Source: Octopus vulgaris (Eukaryota). Taken from it: DNA of 64,000 nt. Where the stretch lies: NCBI GenBank assembly GCA_951406725.2, contig OX597815.1, positions 6,820,001 to 6,884,000 on the forward strand. The letters run 5' to 3'. Shown here piece after piece: positions 40,862-53,000 of this stretch (position 1 is its first letter; each line of letters begins with the position of its first letter). Under the pieces are notes generated by a model. The model had not been told where the DNA came from. It ran no database searches and saw only the letters and a program-made list of their open reading frames with translations. The position numbers were made by a program, and so were the translations under genes.

Positions 40862-43554
40862 GACGGGCTTCTTTCAGTTTCCGTCTACCAAATCCACTCA
40901 CAAAGCTTTGGTCGGCCTGAAGTTATAGTAGAAGACACTTGCCCAAGGTGCCACGCAGTGGGACTGAACCCGGAACCATGTGGTCGGTAAGCAAGCTACT
41001 TACCACACAGCCACTCCTACGCCTATTATAGTATAAATGTGTTGAGTAAACATTTTAACATCACCATTACCTTTCCAAATCATGCTGCATTTTACATGGA
41101 ACTTTTGACCCTCTAAAGTTATTTTAGTATGTAAGCCAACCTACCTTTATTGGCCATAAATTTTGGTGTGAAGAACTCAACTCGTGTGCCAGGAAATATG
41201 GTAATGACAAGTGACTGAGACCTTTGGAGATATGCTGTGCTTAAAAGACTCAGTCGGCCAAGTGAGATTGTAACTGTGGCTGATGCCAGTGTCGCATTAC
41301 TGACCCGTTTAAAAGTACCCTTCAATCATTGAGCAATATGCTGTGCTTGAGAAGACCTGTTGAGGACAAGTGAAATCATAGTCATGGCCTCTGCCAGTAT
41401 CACAGGGTAGTTTTATTCTGTGGAATCTTTCATCTTGCTCAGAACATTGACCTCCTGGAATCTGTTCAGAGACGTGCAACCAAACGCATACCCTCCATCA
41501 GACACCTACCATACTCTGAGCGCCTTGTTTCCCTGGGCATGGATTCACTGAAGCTCCGGCGTCTGGCGATGGACTTGGTAAACACCCACAAGGTTATCAA
41601 CCACCTCACCAACAACAACACTGAACACCTTTTTGATCACCATGTGTCCAACACACGTGGACATACCTACAAAGTCAGAAAACAACACAGCTCCCATGAC
41701 TTTCGGAAACATTTCTTCACACTCAGAGTTGCTGAAGCATGGAACAAACTGCCGGCGTCAGTTGTTGACTGCCATGACACTGCATCCTTTAAGGCCCTCA
41801 TGCTTTCCGAAATCCGCCGAAACTACACCTGATTATACATACACTTTAGATGAGTTGTAGTACACCTGAGCACTGTACACAATGTTTTTATTATTATTAT
41901 TATTATTATTATTTAAATACGTTTTGTGTGTGTGTGTGTATGTAATGTGTTTAATTTAAATATTTCATTAACATTTAAGAAACCACATCGTAGTTTTTAA
42001 CAAAGAGAGTTTTTACTAATTTAATTTCCTTGATTCTGTTTAGGAATCAAGCCATTTGTGTGCCTTCTGTGCAGTACCACATTTACAAGACAACACAGTC
42101 TCAACTATCATATGTTAATCCACAACAATCAAAGCCGTTTCACTTGCAAAGACTGTGGTAGAAAATTTCGGCATCCAAGCCATTTTAAGGTACGGTTGTG
42201 ACATTTTATCATCTTTTTTCTTCCCTTCTTTTTCCACCACCATCTTGCAGTTTCAGACTAAATGCAGTTTAGTTTTAATTCCCAGTTCTACCATTATTCT
42301 TTTGTTATAAAGCAAAAATCTCTCTTGACTGGAGAAATCAACCAACCAAACAACTATTTTTAGGAGAGTATTGTAGTTCGCTTGAAGCATTACTCTTTTA
42401 CTTGTTTCAGTCATTTGACTGCGCCCATGCTGGAGCACCGCCTTTTAGTCGAGCAAATCGACCCCAGGACTTATTCTTTGTAAGCCCAGTACTTATTCTA
42501 TCGGTCTCTTTTGTCGAACCGCTAAGTGACGGCAACATAAACACACCAGCATCGGTTGCCAAGCGATGTTGGGAGGGGACAAACAAACACACACACACAC
42601 ACACACACATATATACGACAGGCTTCTTTCAGTTTCCGTCTACCAAATCCACTCACAAGGCTTTAGTCGGCCCGAGACTATAGCAGAAGACACTTGCCCA
42701 AGATGCCATGCAGTGGGACTGAACCCGGAACCATGTGGTTGGTTAGCAAGCTACTTACCACACAGCCACTCCTGCGCCCATTGTGTATTGTTTGTGAAAT
42801 ATAATGCATCTTGAATGGCACAAAAATGCTGGGTGGTCTAGAATAAATGCTATAATAAAGCACCCACTACACTCACGGAGTGGTTGGCGTTAGGAAGGGC
42901 ATCCAGTTGTAGAAACATTACCAGATAAGACCGGAGCCTGGTGCAGCCTTCTGGCTTCCCAGATCCCCGGTCGAACCGTCCAACCCATGCTAGCATGGAG
43001 AACGGACGTTAAATGATGATGATGATGATGATATAATAATATTTTGGAATATGAAAATTCCTTCTTCAGGTATCGCTAGGAATTGATTGAGTCACTGTTA
43101 TAAACCGATTATAAGAGTGACTATGAGTAATTAAATTATAGCAGTTGTTATGGTCCACCCTGCATTGTCGTGCCATTCAAGACATTATATTTCACAAACT
43201 AATCTTATATTGGCTGTTATTAAATAGAGATTGTAACAACTCTTATTCGTGTCTCACACCTGTGGACATGTTTACAAAGTCAGAAAGTAGCACAGCTCCC
43301 ATGACTTTCTCTCTCTCTTTTACTCTTTTACTTGTTTCAGTCATTTGACTGCGGCCATGCTGGAGCACCACCTTTAGTCGAGCAAATCGACCCCGGGACT
43401 TATTCTTTGTAAGCCCAGTACTTATTCTATCGGTCTCTTTTGCCAAACCGCTAAGTGACGGGGACGTAAACACACCAGCATCGGTTGTCAAACAATGCTA
43501 GGGGGACAAACACAGACACACAAACACACACACACACACACACATACACACACA

Positions 43555-43594
<40 letters not shown>

Positions 43595-44748
43595 CGACAG
43601 GCTTCTATCGGTTTCCATCTACCAAATCCACTCACAAGGCATTGGTCGGCCCGGGGCTATAGCAGAAGACACTTGCCCAAGATGCCGGAAAGATTTCGGA
43701 AATATTTTTTCACGCTAAGAGTTGCTGAATTATGGAACAGACTACCTGCATCAGTTGTTAGTTACTGAAACATTGCATCCTTTAAAACCTCCATGCTTCC
43801 TGAAATTCACCAACACTACACCTGGTACCTCCCCCCACCTCCATATGCATGCACACATGTATATCATGACTCCTCCACTGTTCACTTTCCTGACTTTTGT
43901 ACATAATTCGATGTGTTATACAGGTACCTTTGATGAGTTGTAGTGCACCTGAGCACTGTACACAATAATATCATTATTATATTATTTTAATAATTCTGTT
44001 GTGTCTGGGGAGAGTCATTTTCTTTTTGTGCCTTATAATTTAACACACTCACCGGTAAAATTTCCACTTTTTTTTCTTATTTTTATTTTCCTAAAATTTT
44101 CGTTGTCTTGCAACCTTTTCAATAGTTTTGACTCTGTCCGTTATTTCAGGACACAAAAAGAAAATGACTCTCCCCAGACATAACAAAACATGCTTCAACA
44201 CACGAACTTATATAAAGAATCTTGCAAACCAAATCCAAAAACGAAATTATTTTAATAACTTTGTGATATAAAGGAAGTAGTTGTATATTATGACATTATT
44301 AAAATGTTAACGCTTGCTCCTTCTCTTCCCTTTTTAGGAGCATTTGCGACGACACACGGGAGAGACTCCGTTTGAATGCAAAGACTGCCCACAGAAATTC
44401 AAAACACGTAACACATATAAAAGACATTTGAAAACAAGACACGGCAAGCTGCTTACTGCTGCAGGTATTCACGTTTTATCAAAGGAAGAATTTCTGAAAG
44501 TTAGAACTAAACCATACAAGAAATATTACACTCTAAAACACACAGAATCTGTTAAAGAACAATTAATGCCTGAATTAGGGGATTCCCAATTAGTGAGTCC
44601 ATGTTCTGAATCTGTTTACAACCCAGTGCCTACAACATCGAATAATGCCTCTAATTTCACAAACAGTATTGAGAAACCATCAACTGCTATAATTAATTCT
44701 TCCGACAACTCTTTCTATATTCCATTTGAAATCTCTGTTAATTCATGA
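13717..44748 (+). CDS. Multi-exon C2H2 zinc-finger transcription factor, about 735 aa; join(13717..13780,29013..29194,31418..31673,32982..33050,34294..35070,37833..37999,40302..40437,42044..42189,44338..44748)
   Basis: All eight introns are GT-AG with matching phases (1,0,1,1,1,0,1,0), giving 2208 nt open to TGA. Four C-terminal C2H2 fingers: CQIC..HYRSH, CLLC..HMLIH, CKDC..HLRRH, CKDC..HLKTRH, with AGIKPF and TGETPF linkers. One atypical finger-like motif (CYLIPEKC...HMKQH) lies in exon 3. Confidence 0.88.
14124..14187 (+). CDS. ZnF candidate alternative first coding exon 1b (MATVKRRENMSKKSKIVARFK)
   Basis: Paralogous 64-nt copy of exon 1a with the same phase-1 donor (AAG|GTAAAT). Confidence 0.6.
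15067..15108 (+). ncRNA. Minimal type I hammerhead ribozyme motif
   Basis: tagt-CTGATGA-(13 nt)-GAAA-cttcgaag-TC-acta. Palindromic stem III and GUC cleavage triplet; stem II pairs poorly. Confidence 0.65.
18061..18804. mobile_element. MITE with TIRs of about 200 bp and an 8-bp TSD
   Basis: GGATC...GATCC termini, TSD GACCTCCG on both sides, internal taaccctaaccctaa. Confidence 0.85.
21858..22085 (-). mobile_element. tRNA-headed SINE-like element with hammerhead (second full copy)
   Basis: Reverse complement matches 63206-63440. A headless inverted copy lies at about 22232-22400. Confidence 0.7.
21907..21950 (-). ncRNA. Hammerhead motif within a tRNA-headed SINE-like element
   Basis: acac-CTGATGA-aggctagagggtatatcagct-GAAA-cg-CT-gtgt (U16.1 changed to C). 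Confidence 0.6.
22290..22331 (+). ncRNA. Hammerhead motif (same family, small deletion at the cleavage site)
   Basis: acac-CTGATGA-a ggctg gagagtatat cagcc-GAAA-cg-tgtt. Confidence 0.55.
22472..22534 (+). ncRNA. Type I hammerhead motif with long stem II
   Basis: cac-CTGAAGA-atgactgt...acagccat-GAAA-caatcg-TA-gtg. Confidence 0.6.
27061..27327. mobile_element. Palindromic MITE
   Basis: Inverted arms of about 128 bp around a short A-rich loop; related fragments near 36820 and 58380. Confidence 0.75.
29013..29194 (+). CDS. ZnF exon 2
   Basis: ttgcag acceptor and AAG|GTTTCT donor. Encodes ESHEHNKQRK...SLDVLAQVAADKLR... Confidence 0.8.
29316..29534. mobile_element. piggyBac-like MITE; also at 52554-52775 and 53834-54056
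   Basis: TTAA|CCCT...AGGG|TTAA termini and a shared body. Confidence 0.8.
30104..30147 (-). ncRNA. Hammerhead motif (SINE-like family, most intact copy)
   Basis: acac-CTGATGA-aggctg gagagtacat cagct-GAAA-tg-TT-gtgt. Confidence 0.62.
31418..31673 (+). CDS. ZnF exon 3
   Basis: Polypyrimidine tract + cag acceptor, G|GTATGA donor. Encodes ISKRSIQC...VYEAN. Confidence 0.85.
32982..33050 (+). CDS. ZnF exon 4
   Basis: ttacag acceptor, G|GTAAAG donor, phase 1/1. Encodes DPERKYRFIFTAEPVHVRKRKLS. Confidence 0.8.
33680..34203. repeat. (CAC/CAT)n compound microsatellite in ZnF intron 4
   Basis: Directly visible. Confidence 0.95.
34294..35070 (+). CDS. ZnF exon 5 (low-complexity basic/acidic region containing DHCY)
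   Basis: Long open frame, aacag acceptor, A|GTATGT donor. Confidence 0.85.
35739..36181. repeat. 63-bp tandem repeat, 7 copies, inside a family C SINE
   Basis: Unit atgtgccaccgacacaggtgccagacgaggctggcagacggccacgctcggatggtgtttttt; the first five to six copies are essentially identical. Confidence 0.95.
36437..36813 (-). mobile_element. RTE-clade LINE 3' fragment
   Basis: EASMLRWMC..RLRWYGHVARM..RGRGRPRKTW. Confidence 0.85.
37833..37999 (+). CDS. ZnF exon 6 (PKKKKK NLS-like motif)
   Basis: ttcag acceptor, AGG|GTAAGT donor. Confidence 0.85.
40302..40437 (+). CDS. ZnF exon 7 (finger 1)
   Basis: Encodes CQICLDKTFTASATLMYHYRSH. G|GTAAGT donor. Confidence 0.9.
41410..41912 (+). mobile_element. 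CR1-like LINE 3' end with (TTA)n tail; related pieces at about 43250-43985 (split by a SINE) and about 53150-53450 (-)
   Basis: LKLRRL..NTRGHTYKVRKQ..RKHFFTLRVAEAWNKLP; shared 3' motif gatgagttgtagt.cacctgagcactgtacac. Confidence 0.85.
42044..42189 (+). CDS. ZnF exon 8 (finger 2 and first part of finger 3)
   Basis: Translated by hand (absent from the ORF track): GIKPFVCLLCSTTFTRQHSLNYHMLIHNNQSRFTCKDCGRKFRHPSHFK. Confidence 0.92.
44338..44748 (+). CDS. ZnF exon 9 (end of finger 3, finger 4, stop)
   Basis: Encodes EHLRRHTGETPFECKDCPQKFKTRNTYKRHLKTRH... and ends in TGA. Confidence 0.92.
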   Translation, partial: EHLRRHTGETPFECKDCPQKFKTRNTYKRHLKTRHGKLLTAAGIHVLSKEEFLKVRTKPYKKYYTLKHTESVKEQLMPELGDSQLVSPCSESVYNPVPTTSNNASNFTNSIEKPSTAIINSSDNSFYIPFEISVNS

Positions 44749-44979
44749 AGGAAATGGTTTAGAATGTTCTTTCAGGTGTTGCCAATGTTTCTCTCTTTGA
44801 TAATGTTTGACCATAATTTGATAGTTATACCCTTGTGGTATTTTCAAGATGGTACGACTGAAGCCAAAAATTAAGTTTCTTAAACAAAACTAAAACAAAA
44901 AAAAAGACCCTCCAACAAAATTGTGTTCTTCATGCGGAAGAGAATTTGGAGTATTTTGATAACCTATTTCTTTATCAAC

Positions 44980-45357
44980 AATATATATGTGTATACACAC
45001 ACACACACACACACACATACACACACACATATACATATATATACATACATGCACGCATATATGTACGTGTGTGTGTGTGTGAGTGTGTGTGTATATATAT
45101 GTATATATATATATATACACACACACATACATACATATATACATATGTGTATGTGTTTGTATGTATATATATATATATGTGTATGTATGTATGTATATAT
45201 ATGTATGTATGTATGTATATATATGTATGTATGTATGTATATATATGTATGTATGTATGTATATATATATATGTATGTATGTATATATATATATGTATGT
45301 ATGTATATATATATATGTATGTATGTATGTATATATATATATATATGTGTATGTATG

Positions 45358-45392
<35 letters not shown>

Positions 45393-45423
45393 AGAAGGTT
45401 GAAAAGGAACACTCGAGTTGATA

Positions 45424-45455
<32 letters not shown>
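44980..45455. repeat. (CA)/(TA)/(TATG)n microsatellite complex
   Basis: Directly visible. Confidence 0.95.
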
Positions 45456-45457
<2 letters not shown>

Positions 45458-45469
45458 GAAAAAAAAGTC

Positions 45470-45803
45470 AAGGTACAAAATGCAAAAATAATTTTATAAA
45501 AAACATTTCCGTACCGGTTTCAGTCATTGAGACTTTTTCAACTGTAAGTATGGAAAACAAATTTTGGAAAAATTAAAAGAAAAGTTTTTTTTTAAAAGAA
45601 TATTTGTATAGTATTCAAATACAAGGGGCATTTTCCTTGTTTCTGCCTGTCTCTGTCTCTTGTATTTGAATACTATGCAAATATTCTTTTAAAAACTTTA
45701 CTTTTAATTTTTCCAAAATTCAATTGTTTTCCATACTTACAGTTGAAAAAGTCTCAATGACTGAAACCGGTTTTTATAAAACTATTTTAGCATTTTCTAC
45801 CTT
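45470..45803. repeat. Fold-back repeat with a hammerhead-like motif in each arm
   Basis: accggtttcagtcattgagactttttcaactgtaagtatggaaaacaa is mirrored at 45723-45771. Confidence 0.8.
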
Positions 45804-45815
45804 AGAGCAATAGTC

Positions 45816-45903
45816 ATTACAACAAAATTTTCTGATGAGCTGTCCACAAAGCTTTAGCTTTGTGGGTGTGAAACCTTGGGTAACTCTACATAAAATTTTG
45901 TTG

Positions 45904-45907
<4 letters not shown>
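45816..45907 (+). ncRNA. Hammerhead motif about 1.1 kb downstream of the ZnF stop, sense strand
   Basis: attacaacaaaatttt-CTGATGA-gctgt ccacaaagc ttta gctttgtgg gtgt-GAAA-ccttggg-TA-actctacat-aaaattttgttgtaat. Confidence 0.6.
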
Positions 45908-45937
<30 letters not shown>

Positions 45938-45996
45938 GCACACACACACACATATACATATATCTATATATAATGGATCTTCTGGATGCCAAAACT

Positions 45997-46033
<37 letters not shown>

Positions 46034-49000
46034 AATGCACACACATATAAATATATATATACTTTGGATTCTCTCATTCAATTCAGCATATGGGGTTCCA
46101 ACAGCCTTTAGCTACCAACATTGATAACCTATCTTCAGTTGTGAAGGCTTGTGTAGATCCAGCTTTGGAAATATTGATAGAAAGTTGGTGCAAATGTTTA
46201 CTGCAAACTTAATGGACAACATACTGCAGGCTTTTCCTATTATGTTCTAATTGTACCCTGCAGCTGTTTCACTAGCATTGAACATCGATTATACGTCAGT
46301 TTTCTTTATATAGAGAATATTGTAATCTTTAACATGGACACAGTTAACATAAGGAGGAGATGTATAGTTATTTCCTTTCAAGTTGATATATGTCTAGGAA
46401 TTGTTTGAGTCAGGGATGAAAAGCAAAATAGTTCCAAGTGGATTTGAACTCAGAACGTAAAGGGAGATAACAAAATACTGCTTCAGATTTTCTCTTGTGC
46501 TTTATTGATCTTAGTTATTTACTGCTTTTGAAACTCCACCACAGAATACTAGTTGCAGTAGTTATAGTATGGGGACATGTGTCTCCTGGCGGTTGACACC
46601 TTTGCACCACTCAGACAACGACTTGCCAACCCACGGGTCTGTTTGGATAGTTGTTACTAGAGAGGGTTTTGTGAGGTCAGAGTTTAAATTCTAGCTCAAC
46701 CTCTTTTAGTTGCCTTTTTATGGCATGCAAAGGAAGCGTTGGGACTATTTTTTTGACATGCTGGTTCCCACACGGCACTTGACCAACGTGATCTGAAGTG
46801 TTTTGCTCAAGAACACAACATGCCATTTAGCCTGGGAATCGAACATTGATCTGGTGATCATGAGTGCATTACCCTAACCACCAGACCATGTAACTTCACA
46901 AAATACTGACAAAAATAACTACTCTTCAATGCGTGTATACTTAGACATATATATCATCATCATCATCATCAGTGTTTAACGTGTGCCTTCCATGCTGGCA
47001 TGGGTGGAACAAATATATTCACACTGACACACACAGCTGAGGTGTAGCTGTGTGATTAAGAAGTTTGCTTTCCAACCATAAACAAAGTCCTTGGGAGCAT
47101 CCTTCTTTGGGGTCTTGCTAACCTTGTCTCTTTTAACACCAGAAAACTCAACAAGCTTAAAATATAATCTTGTAAAATCGAATTCTAAAATATTGAAATA
47201 GATTTCTAACATATTTGTTAATGCCTTAAAACCCTTCCAGACCACCCTTGGTTTTATTGTAGAACCTCCCATTAAAATTTCCCGTTAATTTATGATCCAA
47301 ACACCAGCTTCACAATGACAAAGTTATTTTGCAATATTTTTTTAAATTGAGAATCATCTGTATTTCAACAGAAGTATAGCAAAAGGGTTAATACACTCAT
47401 CCTTCTACACATATCTTCTACATACAATTCTCTCTCTCTCTCTCTTAACCCCACTCCATCACTTACTCAATATTTGTTAAATTAGGGTGGCAAGCTGGCA
47501 GAATCGTTAGCACACCGGGTTAAATGCTTAGCGGTATTTCATCTGCTGTTGTGTTCTGAGTTCAAACCCCGCCGAGGTTGGCTTTGCCTTTCATCCTTTC
47601 AGGGGTTGATTAAATAAGTACCAGTTATGCACTGGGGGTCAATGTAATCGACTTAAACCCTTTGTTTGTCCCCTCTATGTTTAGCCCCCTGTGGGCAATA
47701 AAGAAATAAATATTTGTTAAATAACAAGGCGGCGAGCTGGCAGAAATGTTAGCACGCCGGGGCGAAATGCTTAGTGGTATCTTGTCTGCCGCTGCGTTCT
47801 GAGTTCAAATGCCGCCGAGGTCAACTTTGCCTTTCATCCTTTCGGGGTCGATTAAATAAGTACCGGTTATGCACTGGGGTCGATATAATCGACTTAATCC
47901 GTTTGTCTGTCCTTGTTTGTCCCCTCTGTATGTAGCCCCTTGTGGGTAGTAAAAAAATAGGTATTTCATCTGTCTTTACATTCTGAGTTCAGATTCTGCC
48001 GAGGTCGACTTTGCCTTTCATACTTCCAGGGTCGATAAATTAGTACCAGTTGTGTACTGGGGTTGATCTAATCTACTGGCCCCCTACCCCAAAATTTCAG
48101 GCCTTGTGCATAGAGTAGAAAAGAATATTTGTTAAATAACAGCAATCCACTACATTCTGTGTTTATGTATGAGAACTCCTATCCCTTGTAGTAATTCTAT
48201 TATTTTGGTTATGTTCTGAGTTTAATCCACCCCAGGGTCAACTTTGCTTTCCATCTGTCTGAGGTTAGTAAAATAAATACGTGACAAAATACTGATGCTG
48301 ATATAATCAACTAAAACCCTTTAAGACAATCCACCTCTGTTTAACAACAGTCCCCCTCTAGGACCAAATATAAAGGCAGTCGCCCCCACATGGCCACAGT
48401 CTGATGGCTGTTCCACCAGCACGACCATAGTCTGATAGCAGGCTTCCCCTCCTCCAGTGTCACAAAAGTCTGTCAGCAGAACCCCTAGCATGGCCGTAGT
48501 CTGATGACAGTCCCCATCTCTTATACTTGTGGTGGAATTCTCCTGGGGTAGGTTGAGTCAACTCTGACCAATGGGTTCACCATGTCCCTTATGAATGCTG
48601 ACCATCAGCATGGCCACAGTCTAACATCATTCCACCTTCCAAAGAATCTATTTTCCCAGGGAATCAGTGATTAGAGCCCAGAAGGTGCCAATAGATGTTT
48701 CTATTTTGTTGTAATTTCCCAGATTATCAGCTAAAATAGAGGTGACTCTCTAGTGATTTTGAAACTGTTTTTACCATGATTAGGCCAGTGACAAAGATGA
48801 AGTATTATCACTTGACCGACTTAACATTCACATTACAGTGGTCATTCGTTGTCTATGAAAGACAGCTGGGTGATGTCTTTCATAGATTTACTTCATACGT
48901 ATGTAAATAATTAACCAAGTGGAGAAATAGGACAGAGGAGATGTTAGCTCTGTTGCTGGTGATTAACACCAAGCTCCAAATCAGACTGGAGCCTGGTGCA

Positions 49001-49681
49001 GCTTGCTAGTTCTGGTCAAACCATCCAACCCATACACACGTTAAAATGATGATGATGATGAACAAATTTATAATCAAGTCATGATTTCGGCATTGACTAA
49101 CATATTTTTTGTCTCTAGATATAAAGTATTTTGCATTATTATTATCATTATTATTGAGTGAGAGAGCAGTGCATGCCATCAAAGTGACACTGGGGTAAAA
49201 TATACGAAGCCCAGTATACCCATCATGACTACCCGTCTGATAAGGGTACACCAGGCACATGCATCACAACCATATGTGCGCGACATGGTGATCTCATAAA
49301 AAGATAAACAGCGCATGACCTTGCGGGTGGGGCCCAGTTAGAATTTTCTTCTGGTCGAGTAGCCCATCCCGCTCAAAAGGCCCCTGAATAAGGGTTGTTT
49401 AAGGATGTTGAAAGAACCACCCATGTTTCCAGAGGTGAATTATTCAAACCTCAAAGAATCCCTCTCAACACATGGCTATGATGCTCCCCCACTACTTCTG
49501 CTCGAGATTAGAGATGCACATATCGTCAGCCACTAAGGGACATGCTCAACTGGTTAAGGTCAAACAACTGACAAGCAAATCTGTGGTATTGAGCAGAATA
49601 TTTGCTGTAGCCCATCTTTTATACCAAGACAAAACAATGTACATGACAACACTTCCAATCAGTTAATTATTATTATTATTA

Positions 49682-50053
49682 CTAGCAGTATCGCCCGGCG
49701 TTGCTCGGGTTTGTAAGGGAAATAACTATAAAGCATTTTTAGAGAGTTATAGCCAAAAAATGGAAAAAAAATTATGGTAAATATTTTTTTTAGTTAAAAA
49801 GGTCGAGTTGCGTCCCCTAGACAGTCTGTGGTTTGTGGTTCTGATTCTCGACCCCATGTCGAATTTATCGATTTTTTTCAGAACTGGGGGAACTTTTCAA
49901 AATTTTCGCTGCATTAGTTTTGAATTATGACATTGGGCTATGTGTGTGTCAAGTTTCATCAGAATCGGTTGAAAGCCGTGGTCAGGGTGAGGGTACAACC
50001 TAACAGACACACAGACACACACACAGACAAACTGCCGTTTATATATAGAGAGA
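49682..50053 (-). mobile_element. Non-autonomous Helitron (same 3' end, different body)
   Basis: ctagcagtatcgcccggcgttgctcggg at the left end; tatatatagagaga at the right end. Confidence 0.8.
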
Positions 50054-53000
50054 TTATCTGAAGGCAGTGGGCTGGCAGAACCATTAGCACACCGGGCAAA
50101 ATGCTTAGCAGTATTTCATCTGTCCTTATGTTCTGAGTTCAAATTCCACCAAGGTTGACTTTGCCTTTCATCCTTTCAGGGTTGATAAATCAAGTACCAG
50201 TTGCATACTGGGGGTCGATGTAATCGACTTAACCCCTCCCCTCCACCAAATTTCAGGCCTTGTGCCTTTTTAGTTAAAAGGATTATTATTATTATTGCTA
50301 TTATTATTATTATTATTATTATTATCTGAAAGTGGCAAGCTGGCAGAATTGTTTGTTGGCTGTATTTCACCCGTCTCTACATTCTGAGTTCAAATTCTGC
50401 TGAGGTTGACTTTGCCTTTCATTTTTTTTTTTTTTTTCAGGATCAATAAAATAAGTACCAGTTGAACACTGGGGGTCAATGTAATCAGCTCATCCCCTCC
50501 CCATCAAAATTGCTGCCCTTGTGGCAAAATTTGAAATCCTCATTATTATTATTATTATCATCCAAAGTGTTCTCCTATATAACGGTCTTCATATAACATT
50601 TGCCTGCTATTTCTAGCAGGTTGTGGTTACCCCCTTATAAGCGCATGTGAAATTCAGTAAAAGCTAAGGGTATTATACAAACATGGAAGAGTATATTTTG
50701 TGATGCTTACCCAAAGAATAATCGGTGGAGCGTTTTAATAATGATGGTGACTTGCATGTTTGTTCTTGATATCTTCCAACAAGTTTCAATGTGAATATTT
50801 TAATTGCTGTTTTATTTCATCATTGGAGAAAAGTCTTCGTTAGCACAAGGAGTTTGTCTCTTGTTAGCTTCATTAGTCTGGTGGGGTGGGGTGTCTCAAG
50901 CTGACGAGACACAACAATGTCAAAACAATGGCTGTCAAACCAGAGTCTGTTGCATCAATGAATCCAGTTTTTATTTTTTTTACTTGTTTCAGTCATTTGA
51001 CTGTGGCCATGCTGGAGCACCGCCTTTAGTCAAGCAAATCGACCCCAGGACTTATTCTTTGTAAGCCTAGTACTTATTCTATCAGTCCCTTTTGCCGAAC
51101 TGCTAAGTTACAGCGACGTAAACACACCAGCATCGGTTGTCAAGCGATGTAGGGGGGGGGAAACATATACACACACACGCACACATATACATATATACGA
51201 CGGGCTTCTTTCAGTTTCCATCTACCAAATTCACTCACAAGGCTTTGGTCAGCCCAAGGCTATAGTAGAAGACACTTGCCCAAGGTGTCACGCAGTGGGA
51301 CTGAACCCGGAACCATGTGGTTGGTTAGCAAGCTACTTTAGTTGAATAAATTGACCCCGGGACTTATTCTATCTGTCTCTTTACCAAACCACTAAGTTAT
51401 GGGGACATAAACACACCAACATTGGTTTTTTCAAGTGATAGTGGTAAGGGACAGACACATCATCATCATCATCATTTAGCGTCCGCTTTCCATGCTAACA
51501 CACACACACACACAGATGATGGGCTTCTTTCAGTTTCCGTCTTCCAAATCCACTCAAGTTGCTCCACAAAGTGGGACTGAACCCAGAACCATGTGGTTGG
51601 TAAGCAAGCTACTTACCTCACAGCCACTCCTGTGCCTATGTGTATCTTGCAAACAAACGTTTGTCATATGGGAGAAGCTTTTTAAAGTTTCGACTAGTAA
51701 GCCTTTAATATACTTGGTAGAATATTTATGGTTGCAGAGCAAAATACTGTGCCCCAACTCACCCACAATTAATAAGTACATACCAGTTGCCAGGAACGTG
51801 TTTAATATGTAAGATTAATAAATCCAATTGTGTTACACAGCTAAATATTAGGGGTTATTTAAGCAATGTGTTCATGGACGGTTAATTGGTTGGATGTGAT
51901 ACTGAAGAAGGAGCAAGAACTCCTGAAATATCCATATACACCAATTACTCATTTTTCCATCTTCGATCACATTGTTTATACATAGACGTATTCGTATATG
52001 AAACATCGTAACTTTCAGTGCTGGCTCTAGTTTCTGTAGAAAGTCAGTAGAGATAACTTAAAAGTGACTGATTTGCACTGCTAACACAGGTAGGATACAG
52101 GATTGACTTATAAACATTTAATATATTTGGTAGAATATTATGGTTGCATAACAAAATACGGTGTCCCTACCAGTAATTAATAGGAGGAGCTCTTCACCTC
52201 TGATGAAACACCACGAAATTAGCATATTTACATTTGAATCTGCCTGAATGTTTTAAGACTAAATATGCCGGTCATTGTTCTGATTCTTGCTGCTCACCAT
52301 GCGTATGATAATGTCTTGATAATGTTAATGCCATCAATATAAAGCTTCACCATCCCACCTCAGAATACATCATGTGAGAAGTAATTTTTAGATATCTTTA
52401 CATTTTACCATCACGGAGAAAATTTCAATTCATAAAAGACATATTTTCCTATGAATTAGCCAAACCCTTTTGATACCAACATACTTATGAGACTGCTTAT
52501 GGTTCCCTTATAGAAACAACAACCCCGTTTTAGAGTGTTCATATTTATGTTAACCCTCAAGCATTCAGATTATTCTGTCAAATGCAATACTCACACATTT
52601 CCATTGTTCTGAATTAATCCTGAATTATCTTGAAGCTTCAAGATTACAATAAGATGTGATTGTTTGTTTTTAGAATAACATTGTGGGGTAGGTGTGAATG
52701 GCCAGATGTGGCCAGTTTCAATATAAAACAGAGAGAATATATGGGCTGAAAATGGTCAGTTGAAAAGCTAAAGGGTTAAACCTGCCATCATAATTTTACA
52801 CAAATTGTAATAATGAGTTTATCGTGTACTTCTTCCTCTACAGCAAGAGACCTGTTTTGCTTTGGCCCCTTCCCTCATATTTTAGCCACCCTCATCTCCT
52901 AGCATAAAGCTGCCTCTTTCAGGGTTCATAGTCATGTTAGCTAGTGCTGGTGACATGAAAAAAAGCACGCAATACAAGGTGTAAATTATTTGGTGTTGGG

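Noticed and set aside
44890-45491. Long Tyr/Ile/His/Val ORFs
   Set aside because: Translations of dinucleotide and tetranucleotide microsatellites.
52194-52230. CTGATGA...GAAA hammerhead candidate
   Set aside because: No convincing stem I, II or III pairing.
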